Counted from the first letter of the whole stretch, positions 1-12,788 are shown. The stretch: DNA of 62,519 nucleotides, filler included, from Choristocarpus tenellus KU-1152 (GCA_964200185.2; 11 parts of 11 records of this genome joined end to end with filler, not necessarily neighbours in it); one strand, 5' to 3'. Notes: generated from the sequence alone by a model not told the origin. Numbers and translations: made by a program.

Positions 1-965
1 AAATCCACCCCCATGGTTCAAATCATAGTAAATTCAGGGGGGGGGGGGGGGCACTCACACAAAGCAAATAACAATAATGTTGAGGCTAGTATAGCAGGCG
101 ACACAATCATGTAGGCTCAATGTGCACCTAAGATAGATAAATGCCATTCCCCAAATATAGCAAAAATATGCAGTTGCCAGGATAAGTAGAAATTCCAGAT
201 CTTGGGTAAAAAGAAAAGAAGGTACGATATTTCAGTTTTGTACAAGCCATGGATGAGCACGATTCAGAAATTAATAAAATGAATAAAAATATTACCATTG
301 ACACAGTTTAGTACAACACGAACAGTCAAGTATTGATGTGTGCTGCCCATCGACCAAGTAAGAAAGAAATTCATCCAACCAAACAAAGGAGTAGTGTATT
401 TTTTTGTTTACTGCGATCTTCCGTAACTGTATTGGACCTTTTTGATGACATATGTTGATACGAACAAAATATTCCCTAAGTACCTAGTGGAAAATGTTTG
501 TTGATAGAGGTCGTACGTTTATAGCACATCTGGAAAGAAAGACAAGAAAGCAGAAGAATATATATCTTAGAAAGATTATTAGCCTTTTTTTATTTTCTCA
601 CACAAGGTCAATTTCAATAGTAAAGACCACCTTCAACTAATGGTATACCTTGAAGAAAAAACTGATCACTGTCATGGATGTTTGAAAAGACAAAAAAAAA
701 ACACAATCTGAACTTTTACACCCCCCTAGAGTCGACAAAAACGCCTTACACACGAACAAACACCACAAGCAAAACAAAACACCAGCACACAACGAAGTCA
801 CCGAACAATTCACAACATGAACATTCTCGTCACAATCAAACTAACAAGTTCAAAGGTTGCAACCATTCTTACTTCTTCTACTTACAGGTATCTCTCCCAC
901 TCCTAGATATTATCAGAAAATAAAAAAAAACAAGGAGGGGCTCACATCACAACCCCTGCACCTAC

Positions 966-2163
966 CACTTCATCAGGAGCATACCCCCACAGGTCCTTGC
1001 GAATATCAGCATGGACTCTTTCCGCAAACGCCTCCACAAAGCGATCAGCCAACGCCTGTTTCACGGGACAGAGATGTATTACCATATCGGTGGTATTTAC
1101 AGTTTCAGGGCTGAATTTTTAACTGTTACCAAAAAGGATTTGGTGCTATTGATACAAGAATCAGCATGAACACGTCAGACAAGAGGGATGGTCTTCCAGA
1201 GGGTTTCTTGATGGAAGATGGGGAGATAGTCAACGCCCGACAAGACCATGTACAAGAGTCCCCAGTGTGTCATCTTAATGTGTACCACAAATACAAACCT
1301 GACCAGGTGATACACACATGGGTTGCATCCCAATAGTGGCAGGAAAGGTGCGGCAACACCCATGTACCACAAACAGAGCAATTCATCAATTCCTGAGGGA
1401 GAGCACAGGTGTGCAATCATAAAATAATAAACATACTAGTACAGTAGTGTATCTAAGAAATTTACTACTACTATGTTACTACTCTTGAAAAATAAAATAG
1501 ATGACCAGTAAGGAGACAGTTACAGTAACCGCCAATATTATCATTGTAATACAGTCACACAACTAAAGGGAATGGACCACTGCAAAAAGTGCTTCTAATG
1601 AACAAGGGTGCATACATGCTACTGAACACCATCTAAGAGTAAAGCTAAATATATCACCTGTGTACCCAACGCCATTACCACAAGGGTCGCAACTGCAAAG
1701 ACCCACCAGGGCTGCTGGCTGAGACCTCTGTTCTCTCTCCTCATTCATTAAACTGCACAGAACTAGCCTTGACTCCACAATAGAAGTACCAACCCTATCC
1801 ATCTCACAGGAACCAACCTTAAACCTCAACATGAGTACTACCACTAACTCTAACCCTAACCCTTCTAAAAGGTACAAACCCTACCCCTAACTCTTGTAAA
1901 TGGTACAAACCCTAACCCTTCTAAAAGGTACAAACGCTAACCATCAATCCTTCTAAATGGTACCAACCCTAACCTATAACATAAGTACCTCTGACAACTA
2001 CAAACCCTAACCCTTACCATAAGCACCAGCATGTGAAAAAACAACATACCTGAACCATGATCTTGGAGTAATCGTCATTCAGCCCCTCAAACCTCTTCAC
2101 CTCATCTTCACACCCCATGCACGCCACAGCAAACATACCCAAGTAGTCAGCAATACCGCTCTC
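966..2163 (-). CDS. METH: Cobalamin-dependent methionine synthase, AdoMet-binding activation domain (partial, 2 exons: 2163-2050, 1055-966)
   Basis: AG/GT-bounded phase-0 exons translate to [38 protein letters not shown]|[30 protein letters not shown], matching the MetH motifs DYxGxFAV, DDYxxIM, ALADRxxEAFAE and WGY. Not in the ORF track because the exons are short. Remaining exons were not found in the window. Confidence 0.95.
1846..2015. repeat. Minisatellite of (CCCTAA)-like hexamers alternating with CTTCTAAA(A/T)GGTACAAA, in the METH intron
   Basis: About four ~26-32 bp units, e.g. CCCTAACCCTTCTAAAAGGTACAAA. Confidence 0.8.
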
Positions 2164-2574
2164 CTATCATCATAACAATAAAAAAAAAGAAAAGATATTA
2201 AGTGAACAAAAACAGAACCAAAAGGTTGAAACTAAAAAGATACTGCTGTGAAGAAGTAGAGGAATGACCATGGATACTAGCAAGGAAAGGGAGTGGGGAC
2301 ATGGAGATGGGAGTTCCTAGATGGAAGTCCCGAATTTTTCTGATCTAAAAGGCGTTTAGGGGACATTGAATGTTGGAGGTGAGATCACTCCATTCTGGCA
2401 CTCATCAGCATCAAAATAACAAAAAACAAGAACTGTCTACATCAACTCTAACTTGTATCAAAATGTTTCGCCTAATTGTGAGGATTCACATACTATGTGA
2501 GGTTTACATACTAGAACAAACACCCCTACTCAATTTCAAGCACAAACAGGGACGGGGGGGACGGGGGACGGGGG

Positions 2575-2674
2575 NNNNNNNNNNNNNNNNNNNNNNNNNN
2601 NNNNNNNNNNNNNNNNNNTTAATTAATTAANNNNNNNNNNNNNNNNNNNNNNNNNNNNNNNNNNNNNNNNNNNN
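2575..2674. other. Artificial contig linker
   Basis: N44-TTAATTAATTAA-N44, with stops in all six frames. Confidence 0.98.
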
Positions 2675-2736
2675 CATATCGGCACTTTTTCCGCAGCATT
2701 TTCGGTCAAAACCATCCTCAATAGTACGCTCCAACC

Positions 2737-3102
2737 TCAATTTTTAAAATCCACTTTTATCTGCAATTCCAGAACAAGTCTATTTTCAAATTCCAAACCC
2801 TGGTCAGAATGAAGGATTTCGGGTGCCCCAAAGATTGAAAATATTATTTCAAACAAAGCTTTGGCAATGGTCACTTCTTGTTTGTCTGGAATGAGAATGA
2901 GAAAAGCAAAGCGTGTCAATTGACATATAGCCGAAATAACATACCAGCATCCACAGGAAATGGTTTTATATTATACAACATCAACAGCAATCCATTCAAA
3001 TGGTCGAGTGGCAGGAATTTGTCCTTTAGGCAATGTAGGACGTCTGTGAGAAGTTTTCGTCTTTGGCAAAGTTGACATCTTTCACACCATTCTCTTACAT
3101 AT
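2737..3102 (-). mobile_element. Degenerate Ty3/Gypsy-type integrase fragment
   Basis: Through one frameshift and a stop it reads YVREWCERCQLCQRRK..RPFEWIAVDVV*YK..LTRFAFLILIPDKQEVTIAKALFEIIFSIFGAPEILHSDQGLEFEN. This contains the zinc-binding CxxC and the first two catalytic Asp of the rve core. Confidence 0.9.
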
Positions 3103-3196
3103 CCATCCGACACATGCAACCAAATTACACAAAATCGCGACATGGAAAAATTGGCCCAGAATAGACAGTCGCCACCCCCCCCAGATACTTTGAGCC
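3100..3196 (+). mobile_element. MITE family A, 3' half
   Basis: Matches 19988-20167 and 25875-26043, and ends CCCCAGATACTTTGAGCC. Confidence 0.85.
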
Positions 3197-3207
3197 AACT
3201 CTAGCCT

Positions 3208-3231
3208 TAACCCTAACCCTAACCCTAACCC
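3208..3231. repeat. Interstitial (TAACCC)4 telomere-like repeat
   Basis: Direct reading of the sequence. Confidence 0.85.
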
Positions 3232-3856
3232 CATCTCCAAAACAAACCTGATTCGAAGCCCTGTCATCGGAGTAGATAAACCATATCTCCCTGAGCACCA
3301 TGCCGGCAAATGCCATACCTATTCCTCCGGTCAGGAGACAGGTGGTGTTCTACGACAACTTTGGAGGCAGGATCAGGGACAGGATTTGGATTCTTCTTAG
3401 GTTAGAGTTAGGGCTGCATATACGTTTTATGTTAAGTATTATGTAGTACGTATGTTCCATATTTAAAATAGAACTAAGTTAATCACATGCTCTAAAACGA
3501 CCCCCCCCCACAAAAAAAAACATTCAGTCAATTTACCGACTTAAACTTCATGATATGATCTCCGACTAATAAGATCCTCATCTGCTATATTCGACCACTT
3601 TAACACGATGTATTACAAAAACACAAGAATAATTGAAAGACATGCCTCACTTATTCTCCTCGGAAAATATTGCATCCACTCACCCACCCACCTACCCCAC
3701 CCAAAATGTGACCCTCCCTCTCATCGTTAAATTTTGTTTAGTTATATAAAATTAAGGTCAATGTATATCGAACAGTTAGTTATTTCTTCAATCTGTGTGT
3801 GTCGTAGAGACAAGAGTAAGGCACACAATAGACTTGGAAAAGAACAAAAAAAAATC

Positions 3857-4035
3857 CAAAGCATTTCAGAGGGTAGGGCCGCGTCCGTTCAGGGTCACAA
3901 ATCCTCTATGTTGCCATTTTGAAGTAATTTTGGCCACTGTGTTTGTTAGCAAGTGTCAATATCCTTGCCCCAGACACATATTTCATAGTCGTGTATATTT
4001 TACCTATTCCGAAACGTTTCCGAGTAGGGAACTAT
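3857..4035 (-). mobile_element. MITE family B, partial diverged copy
   Basis: Reverse complement aligns by eye to the 3' two-thirds of 25430-25687. Confidence 0.75.
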
Positions 4036-5329
4036 TTTAACAGAAAACCGAAAAATGGGCATAAAAAACAGTGTGTCTTCTGGTCTGATCAGGCAATTGC
4101 CACTGACAAAAAAGAGACCTGAACATGAAAAATAACTGTAAAGAAAAGAACGTAGGAAAACGGCCCTACTTATGAAGGCGTGAACACAGAAGCCTTGCAG
4201 GGAAATCCTTACAATACGACATGAGATCAAACAATAACACCAAGGAAATGATGCCACAAGAAAGTCCTCCTCTAACTCAAGCATTCACAAAGATCCCCAA
4301 GAAACTTCTCTGCGAAACTAAGCAAGAAACTAAAAAAAATGCAAAGTGGAGTACTGATTAGGAGTTGCTCCGTCTTGAGCAAGGTATGTAGCGTACATGT
4401 AACCACTGTCTTCCTGCTCCCCGCACAATATTAATCTAACCTCTACCTATAATAACCAGCCCTTTCCTACCATCTCGACCACACTGCAACTATGGTCTTT
4501 GTGTTTCTGAATTTCGTTGGGAAAGACGACCCATTTCTGACTTAATAACTCTTTTCGGTATCCATCTTGAGATCCTCCATCTGAGTACCTAGCGCCCTTT
4601 GCTTTCCTATCCTGACACACTTTTCTGACAGGGGTATCGATTGAAATCAGATGAAGCAAAACTACTCAGGACAAAGGGGGGCCTCGAAGGAAGAGTACTT
4701 GGACGGTAGTGCTCAAGTCTGGCTATTGTAGGCATATCTTTGAACCTATCTAAATCTATATTGACCAGCTTTTTCTACTTTTCACCCCCTCGAAAATATT
4801 TACGTTAATATTTTGGCATGTCCCAATGTTTTACCTCCTTCAAAGTACTCCATATAAGATTAAGATGTAGGTAGCGACAGTATTTTGTTATTTTGGCGTT
4901 ATTTCATTTTTCTCAGCTACTTCCGATTTCAAGAGGCGCATTAGAACAAGTTTCTGTTGCCTTATATTTTAATGATATTTCAAACTACAAAGCAAGTAAC
5001 TCAATAGTATCCTGTGTGATTATGCCATGAGCAGAAAGTAGTATATGGTAGCATTAAAGGCTTTCTGCCATTTTTGCAGTAATTATTGAGGTATATTGTG
5101 AAACAGATGGAAACAAACCGACAGGTTCTTCGTGATGAAGGGGAGCGGGAAGACCCACAGGAGGCAAGATCAAAGAGAGACAAATCAAGAAGGGAGAGCA
5201 ATCCCTCAGAAGATCACTCAGGAAAAGAGTGTTCAGGTGGTAGCTGAAAGAGGGGGGTGTTGGTAAGGTCACTCCAAACCACCCAATCTTACTTCAAGCA
5301 GATGTTACTTTCAACATGCAAGAACAAAT

Positions 5330-5429
5330 NNNNNNNNNNNNNNNNNNNNNNNNNNNNNNNNNNNNNNNNNNNNTTAATTAATTAANNNNNNNNNNNNNNN
5401 NNNNNNNNNNNNNNNNNNNNNNNNNNNNN
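5330..5429. other. Artificial contig linker
   Basis: N44-TTAATTAATTAA-N44. Confidence 0.98.
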
Positions 5430-6173
5430 GCTGTTCTTTGTCCTTCATTAAAGCACCATAAAAGCCGCGGGTCCAGTATGGGATAGTTCAACAACTTCCC
5501 CAAGGATAGGGAAAGGGCAGGGGTGGATGGTAAAGAAGGCCTTATTTATGAGGGAAGACAAACAACTTAGGGTTCTGGAGGAGAGAGAGGATGGAGGGCA
5601 CCTGTCTATAAGATAGGAAAAGGGAGTAAAAGAGTGGAAATGTCAGGGCAGGGATGAACATTTCAGTGCTTGGCCTCTTTTCTTGTGTAACATGTATCGT
5701 GAAAGAAAGTGGATTGCATTTCAGGACGCATGTAGAGGACACATAGGACACATGACTTCGTAACAACCACAATCACCATCAACACTGAGGGACCATGGCT
5801 TGATCAGGGTGAGAAGAAATGGCATTCCCAAAAGGCGAATACAAGAGTGAATGAATGAGTTTCAGCTACACCCTGCAATAATCCCTTCACCTCATTTTCT
5901 TCATGAGTTATTACTAAGTGTTGAACAGTTGTATTGAATCTTGGACATCACAAGATTTTTGTGTTACATTGTTGAATGTGATGGACAGGTAGGTCGACTG
6001 AGAAATCGGTTGAACTCTATTCTCTCTTTTTATTAATAATATATTTAACCTCGACAACAAAAAACCTCTAAACCTTCACAACGAAACACATTTATTATAA
6101 TAGTAGTAGTTGATCAGAAGGAGAGGACAGCAGCATCAGCAGAGTAACTCAACAACATCTCTGAGTACAACGT

Positions 6174-7454
6174 ATGACTATCTGCACCTCTCGAAGCACC
6201 AGACCGGGAAGATGGAAAGAATGGAGATTGTTTTTGTTCCTCACTTGGGCATCTTTGTGCACAGGAAAACGGCCCAAGTAAGAGGGCAACCTCGTGCGCT
6301 TCGACTATGTCGTACTTGTTTGGGCGTCCTGTTCTCCTTTGTTCACATATTTTCCTGGGACCCGCTGATGCACCCCTGCTCCGCAGTCGAGTTGTTTCTT
6401 CGACTAGTCCGTCATTACGTCGGATAATGAGCGAATGGAAGACTGTGCAAGCGGAAGGCCTTGCTATGGGAGAGGGCGAGAATAGTGTAGCTGGGAACTC
6501 CACCGAGACATTTCGGCTAAAGGTGCGACGTATATTCCACTGAATACATCCAAACGAATGGCTCAGACTCTACTGCAAATATGGACATTCATTTCCACAC
6601 TTTCCAACTTCCTGCACGAGCTGACCCCTCACATATCGTCCGAATTTTTAATTTCCATCGTCAGCCTGTGGGCAACATGTTTGAATGGCACTTTACCTTT
6701 TTGGGTGCCAAGGGTTCCTTATTCGAGGGTGGGTTGTACCATGGGAGCATTATCCTGCCCCCGGACTATCCCCTCTCTGGGCCTTCAGTACGCCTCTTGA
6801 ACAAGAACCAGCGTTTCAAGGTGTGCGCCTTCAGATTTTTTGTGGGGATCGTTGCCCAACTATATGTGGTCCCAAACTAAAGAAAATATGACGTGCATTT
6901 GTGGAGATCATCCTAGGATATTCTCGTACAATAGCTACATTTGGTCCGTGTCTAAATACGTCCCTGTCGTACTGTTGGGTCAGGTTGGGGCCAGGATATG
7001 TCTCTCTGCCAGCGAGTACCACCAGGAAACATGGCAACCGTCATGGACTGTTTCCTCCCTCGTCGCAGCACTGGTGGCCCACATGACAGAACCAGCTGCT
7101 GAGATTGGGGCTGTTCAAATCGCCACACCATCACAGAAGCGGTTGGCAGCATTGCGTTCACGAAGTTTTGAGTGCCCAATCTGCAGGTGCAGGCATAGCG
7201 CGTTTCCCAAGCAACATTTTCCTCCACCGAAGAAGTTCAAAGTTGAGGAGCCAACAGGACCAGGGAAGGATGAGGGGCGTGCCAGTGGGGAAAGAGGTGC
7301 CAGAAGAGGTGCAGCCCTCGGATCACAGCTAACCAGCGTAGATAATCATGGACTTGGCAAGCTTGGAAGGACTTTACGTTTACTCTTGAATAAAAGATTC
7401 TTTGTAGCAGTCATCCTACTGATGGTAGTTCTGTACCTCAACCAACCCCCATAA
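6174..7454 (+). CDS. UBE2J1: Ubiquitin-conjugating enzyme E2, UBE2J1/Ubc6-type, ~288 aa (exons 6174-6277, 6387-6522, 6665-6820, 6984-7454)
   Basis: Contains SLRRIMSEW, NMFEWHFTFLG, FEGGLYHG.I.LPPDYP, catalytic ICLSASEYHQETWQPSW, a CxxC after the UBC fold and a C-terminal hydrophobic anchor (FFVAVILLMVVLYL). All junctions are GT-AG and phase-consistent. Exon 1 is less certain, with an alternative in-frame ATG at 6307. Confidence 0.92.
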
Positions 7455-10444
7455 GTGTATTAACATGATACAAACATGCCAACAATTTGGAATCTGAAAT
7501 GTGCTTCCCTCCAGGGTTAAAAGTTATCCCTAGAATTGATTCAGTTTTGGCTGAGATACTACTCCAAAAAGTAGGGACAAGTGGATCACTGCTACCGTTC
7601 CTCCTTCTGAAGAGTCACCTCATGTTTTATGGGTTGCTCAGGTGCAGATAGAATATATTTCTCTTAATAAGTACACTGATAGTCGGATTGGGGGGGTTCT
7701 CTATTTCGCATCAACACATATTGATAAAGAAGCAGTACAAGTATTAGAGATATTTCCTTCAATAGGTTCAATCATGACCAACAAATGAACAGTAGAGAGT
7801 GGCAGACAGTATCACTAGTTCAATTCTAAAGTCCAAGAACTGTGAATCTACATGGGGTGGTGCCTGGTAGCAACTGCACTGACAACTGTACAAAAACACT
7901 TTGATGGCATGAGGCAAAGTGATGGCTGACAATCTCCACCTTTTTTGGTGTGTGAACTATGTCAATATTGAGGGGTTGGTGTATGACTACCAAGTTTTCC
8001 GCTTGCCTGTGTTGTGCGCCCACGTATTCTGATTTTTTAGCACTATTGGGAGAATCTGTACTCGAGTGCATTGACAGGGTTGTGTTCAGTGAGGAGAACC
8101 TTTTCACAGGGACAATGTGTGTGTGTGTATGTGTTGATAGATAGGTTACTCCAGTTGCCTCATAGCTCTAGATGAGGATATTTGATCAGGTTTTGAAGGT
8201 ACTGCCCCATGGCAAAAAGTTTAGACATGATACAGTACAATTTGGTGAAAAATTAGGCATTGAAATGTGACTTTCCACGGATACGTAACACTCAGTTTAC
8301 TGCAATCCTATGAGAAGGCTTGACAAAGCAGAACCACCCCATGGATCAATTAGAACAGAAAATAACGCTAGTCTGATATTGATGTCTGCAGAGGGTCAGG
8401 GATGCTGGCGCTAAGAATTTGACGTGATTGAGGTATGATGTTGAGTACGTATGAAAGCATCTATGACATACACAAGTTGCCGCAGTTTTGCTGCGCAAAT
8501 CCCACATGTGATACTATTTACCCCTCTGAAGGTGTGGAAAACCATGTTTTTTTTAGCATTTCTCCGTCTTATTGAAGCTTAGTGTGTAATTTTAAAAACA
8601 CATCTGTAGAAAACGCCTGCTACATACACGTCTCAAAGAGAATGTAGTGCAAGAAGGATGACATCAACCATACACTGCATATATTATGTAGGTACGAACA
8701 GTGATTTCAGACAGTTCAGCATTCTGACGGTTGAGGGATTGCTGCCCTTACAGTTACGAAACAGATACCCACCCCAAACTGCAAATATGGGCCTATGGTA
8801 ACATTTTTATTGGGCCGTACGTGGTCGGTTCGCGTTTTGATTTTTACATCTGACATTGTGGAGAAAGTTTCTACACATGGACATAATGATCACTGCATCC
8901 AAACCGTTTGTAAGCTTGGAACTACCTCATCTTTGTGGATATGCGCCATGGAGGTCCATGTACAAAATATCAGAAGACAACAATGTAAAATAATGCCCCA
9001 GTTACATTAGAAGTTCACAATACGGACATCTATGGCGGATCTCCATGAGTTTGCCGATCTAACTGTTTGAGTTCTGATTCAGATTCGGCAAGCACTAGAC
9101 CCATACATAGGTAACTGGTTTGTGATTTCAAATCCATGAGAAAACGAAATGAATCATCAATAGACTACCAGAACGAAAACGAGGTACAAATCCACATCTT
9201 TAATTTTAGAACAAATTTCCACGCACTATTCTATCACCTTTTGGTGGTCTTACCACCTCATCCAATTTGGAATTCACCATTAATCATGTAGAGGGAAATT
9301 TGACTACCTATGACATTGTTGCATAAAGTCTCATCCACTTCAAATGTATGCAACATATAGGAGAAGGTGAACTACTGAATGTGGCAGGCACACTCTCCTC
9401 TACATTTTTGTTTCCCAGTGTTACTATCTTAGATGAGTCAGGGTATGGTATTGTTTGGATCAAAGAGGGTGTAGGTGCAAGTTCATGCCGGCTTTTCACC
9501 GAGTGGGTTGGTTTCAGTATTGAAAGATGAAAAAAAATAATAATAACAAAAGAGATAAGGGTTACCTTGATGACAAGGTCAAACAAAAAGAAAGGAATAT
9601 TTCCATTAGATAACACAAGACATAACCTCTGCTCAAGTACTCCAAGACACACCCATTCTAACTACAAGTGATATTCCTGGTGCATGCTGCTAGTGCATAC
9701 GTTGTTGTCATCACCTGATATGGGCCTTTAATGGTGAAATTCACTTCAAGGATGCTGTTCACCTTTCAATCACCCTCCTCTCCGCCAGGAAAGCAAATGC
9801 TCTTCCGGTGCACAACCCATCAGTAGACACAATATTCTAGTCTTATTCAGGAGTGTAAGTTTGAGTGGGGATATGTTTGATCATTTTTTAAGTGGACACT
9901 AAAAAAAAAATAGAGAGTAAAAGATAGTGAGAACAGTTTGAGTATCCCAGGTATTGTTCTTCATCCTATGTTTACCCTGCCATGTTCCCACTCTGTTCAC
10001 CAAGAAATATTGCATTATAATTATCGTGACATACACCTCTTCAAGGTATCTTCTGGATTGCCTTTACTGTACTGCTGTGTGCAAGTATTAATAAAACGAC
10101 GTAAGACACAATTTCTACAAAATCTACAGAAAGCTCTATCAATGCTCTATCACTTTAAGGAAATGGCATCACCTATGCCTAACACGTAAGATCTCCCTTT
10201 TACAAACCGAAGGCGAGAGAACTCAGGCCTCCATCTACATCCCATCCGCTCATTTCAGGGACGAGGAGAGTGTGAGGAGTTAAAAATCAAAACTGAACGT
10301 TTTGCCAGATTCGGCGTACTTGAGCCCTGTCGCAGCCCCTGAATGCCCTTCTTGAAATATTCGAAATCTCTCCCATCTACACTCAACCTGACAACAAAAT
10401 AGTTGTCATCCACAATTCGTAATCCTTGTAAATGATAAGGCGAG

Positions 10445-11252
10445 TTATGCAACTCCCACCAAGTGCATCGGTGGACAATCCACCACTTGCTCCTGGCTAC
10501 ACAACAACGCTGTTGGAGGCACCGGATTCCCAACACTGGTGGCACAGATTGGGGCTGGAGAAGTTGGTACATCTCTCTGAGGAGTGCAATTTTTCGTCGG
10601 GGCTTCTGGTGGCAGGGGCATAAATAGTCCACTTTCGGTGAACTCATCCTCTACGATGCCAACATGTCCGTACGCCTTGAACACCTGATTGTTAGAAGAC
10701 ACGAGTTTAGACGACACGAGCTTCGATTTAGGTGTCCACATAGTCTACACAGATGTGTCTAAAAAAATGGTCTACGTGTTGGGTTGAAGATAACCGGAGT
10801 TCTAAGGGTTTACAGAGGGTGTTCACTAGATATGGCAAAGTCGATGTGTATATGGTTTACACAGAAACGAAAGACATGCTGTTAGGGTATGGGGAATGGA
10901 GAGTTGTTAGAGGGGTACTAACCTGGAAAGCATCTCGCTTGAATTCAGCCATGTCCTGCCCAGAATACCAAATGCTTGCCCGGGTTTCCGACCCGAAGTC
11001 CTTCCGTGAGGGAATCAGTGTGACCTTCACGACCCTCTCAAAGGACACGCACTTTGGAGGTACCCTGCAGTTTCGACTTTCGATAACTCCAGGAGAGGAG
11101 AGATGGCGAGGACGCATGAGGTCGTTTCTTTCAAACTTCTGGACAACCCCTGTCGCAATGTTGATATCGTCCAAGGCATACAAACGGTTGCGTCTAGGCA
11201 CTCGGCACCTTCGCCATGCCTGTTTTCTTGTCATGATGCCAGCTGCACTCAT
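10445..11252 (-). CDS. Uncharacterised ~189-aa protein with an RVxF-like motif (exons 11252-10923, 10684-10445)
   Basis: Exon 1 ends KCVSFERVVKVTLIPSRKDFGSETRASIWYSGQDMAEFKRDAFQ|GTTAG and joins in frame to CAG|VFKAYGHVG..LVGVA*. The start is uncertain because an acceptor-like site lies just upstream of the ATG. Confidence 0.65.
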
Positions 11253-12002
11253 GATGAAATCACTGAACAAGATAACAAATCAAAGGGAATTGATGAGGAG
11301 GAAAGATGAGGTTGTGGATCCTATACATCCATATAATTGAAGGTGTATCTATCTTTGCAATCAACCACCAAGAACAGCATCGCCACGCCTTATGACCACT
11401 CAACCCACCTATCGAGCACGCGCGGTCTGCAATCGTTGGTACTTTTGATGTTCAGCATTAGGTGGAATTTGATTGAATGGTTTGTGGTGAAGTGAGGATT
11501 TGAGGATACTACCCAGTATGGCTCTTTCAGCACATCCTTTGCGAGGCAGATGACCTTGTCTGACAATAACAATGACACATTTTGAGTAGAAGAGAAAATA
11601 AGTAAGTTTACCTAAACAATTGCTGGTCCAGAAAATAAGAAAACGTAATACAGCTTGTGAATTCTACAATATCAGTAAGTTGGAATAAATCATTGCATAT
11701 ACACGATGACTTTGTCACTGGCATATAGGTCTATTCGTTGGGTAGAATTTGGAATATAGCTGGTCAGCACTGACACATCATTCACACCTCAACACCTCTG
11801 CGATTTTGAGTTGATGTTTGATTGGTTCGATGAACTGAATCCATGTAAAGGTAGTACGAAATTAAAACAAATATGTAAAGATGTAAATATCGAAGGTGGA
11901 CTAGAAATAGAGCTACCAGTCGGTGTGTTATGTTCACTGACATTTTAAGATAAATATTACCGTTATGATACCTTACAAATAACGATAATAAAATAATAAT
12001 AT

Positions 12003-12110
12003 ACATCTGCAAAATGTCTGAGGGCATAATAATATAATATAATAATATATGAGCAATAGTGGTAACTTGTATATATTATATTATTATGCCCTCTGACATT
12101 TTGCAGATGT
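12003..12110. repeat. Inverted repeat, 39-bp arms with 30-nt spacer (two opposed copies of the family C motif)
   Basis: 12003-12041 against the reverse complement of 12072-12110, one mismatch. Confidence 0.9.
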
Positions 12111-12788
12111 GTCAGGGGGAAACCAATGAAAACTATATAGATGAAAGATATGAGATAAAGGGTAACATAAATCAAGGAAGAAAAAAACATAATGAAGACA
12201 GTTAGTAGTAGTATTAAGATAAGAACTGATTAGTAGTACTGTATTTTGGTTCTTGGTTGTCTCTATCAGTTTTTCAATAATGATATAAGATCACTTTGTT
12301 CGATATAATTGTCTCCAAAATGCGAGAGGGAATAATAGGATGAAAACATTTTCGATGAATAAAGGCTTTGACAGTACGTACAAAGAAAGTTTTGGATGTG
12401 TAGATTTGGACAGAGAGTTTCCTGGATGAGTTGAGGACCCATTACAGTAGGGGCGAAAGTTGTTGGGGGTTTTGGAGGAGAGCGTGAATGAAGTCTCACT
12501 CCAACCAGATAGTGTCCGTTTTCACATCTCGACCCATCCATGTCATGTGTTGCAAGCTATATATATATATACATGCGAGGGAGATAGTCAAGAAGGGATC
12601 TGACGGATTCTTTCGATCTGGTTCTATACCTCCTATCCCAACTTCATACAGGTAACCTATATTACAGAAGGATATAGAGTGTAAGTGTGAACAATACTTC
12701 GTACCCCAAAACGTTGAACGGGATATTGTTGTATGTTAGTTTCAAATAGTATATTTAGGTTTGGAACTTTCTTATCGTAAACACGTTT

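Noticed and set aside
2619-2630. Recurrent TTAATTAATTAA palindrome as a biological motif or array
   Set aside because: It is always centred in N44 flanks and is a six-frame-stop assembly spacer.
3082-3316. ORFs containing GLGLGL / VRVRV tracts (also LTLTLT at 20755-21123)
   Set aside because: These are translations of CCCTAA repeats, not proteins.
4220-4383. Myb-like start KWSTD*ELLRLEQG followed by a GT donor
   Set aside because: It has an in-frame stop, the spacing is off by one, and no continuing exon was found.
10753-11340. 195-aa plus-strand ORF
   Set aside because: It is the antisense shadow of the minus-strand gene and carries no motif.
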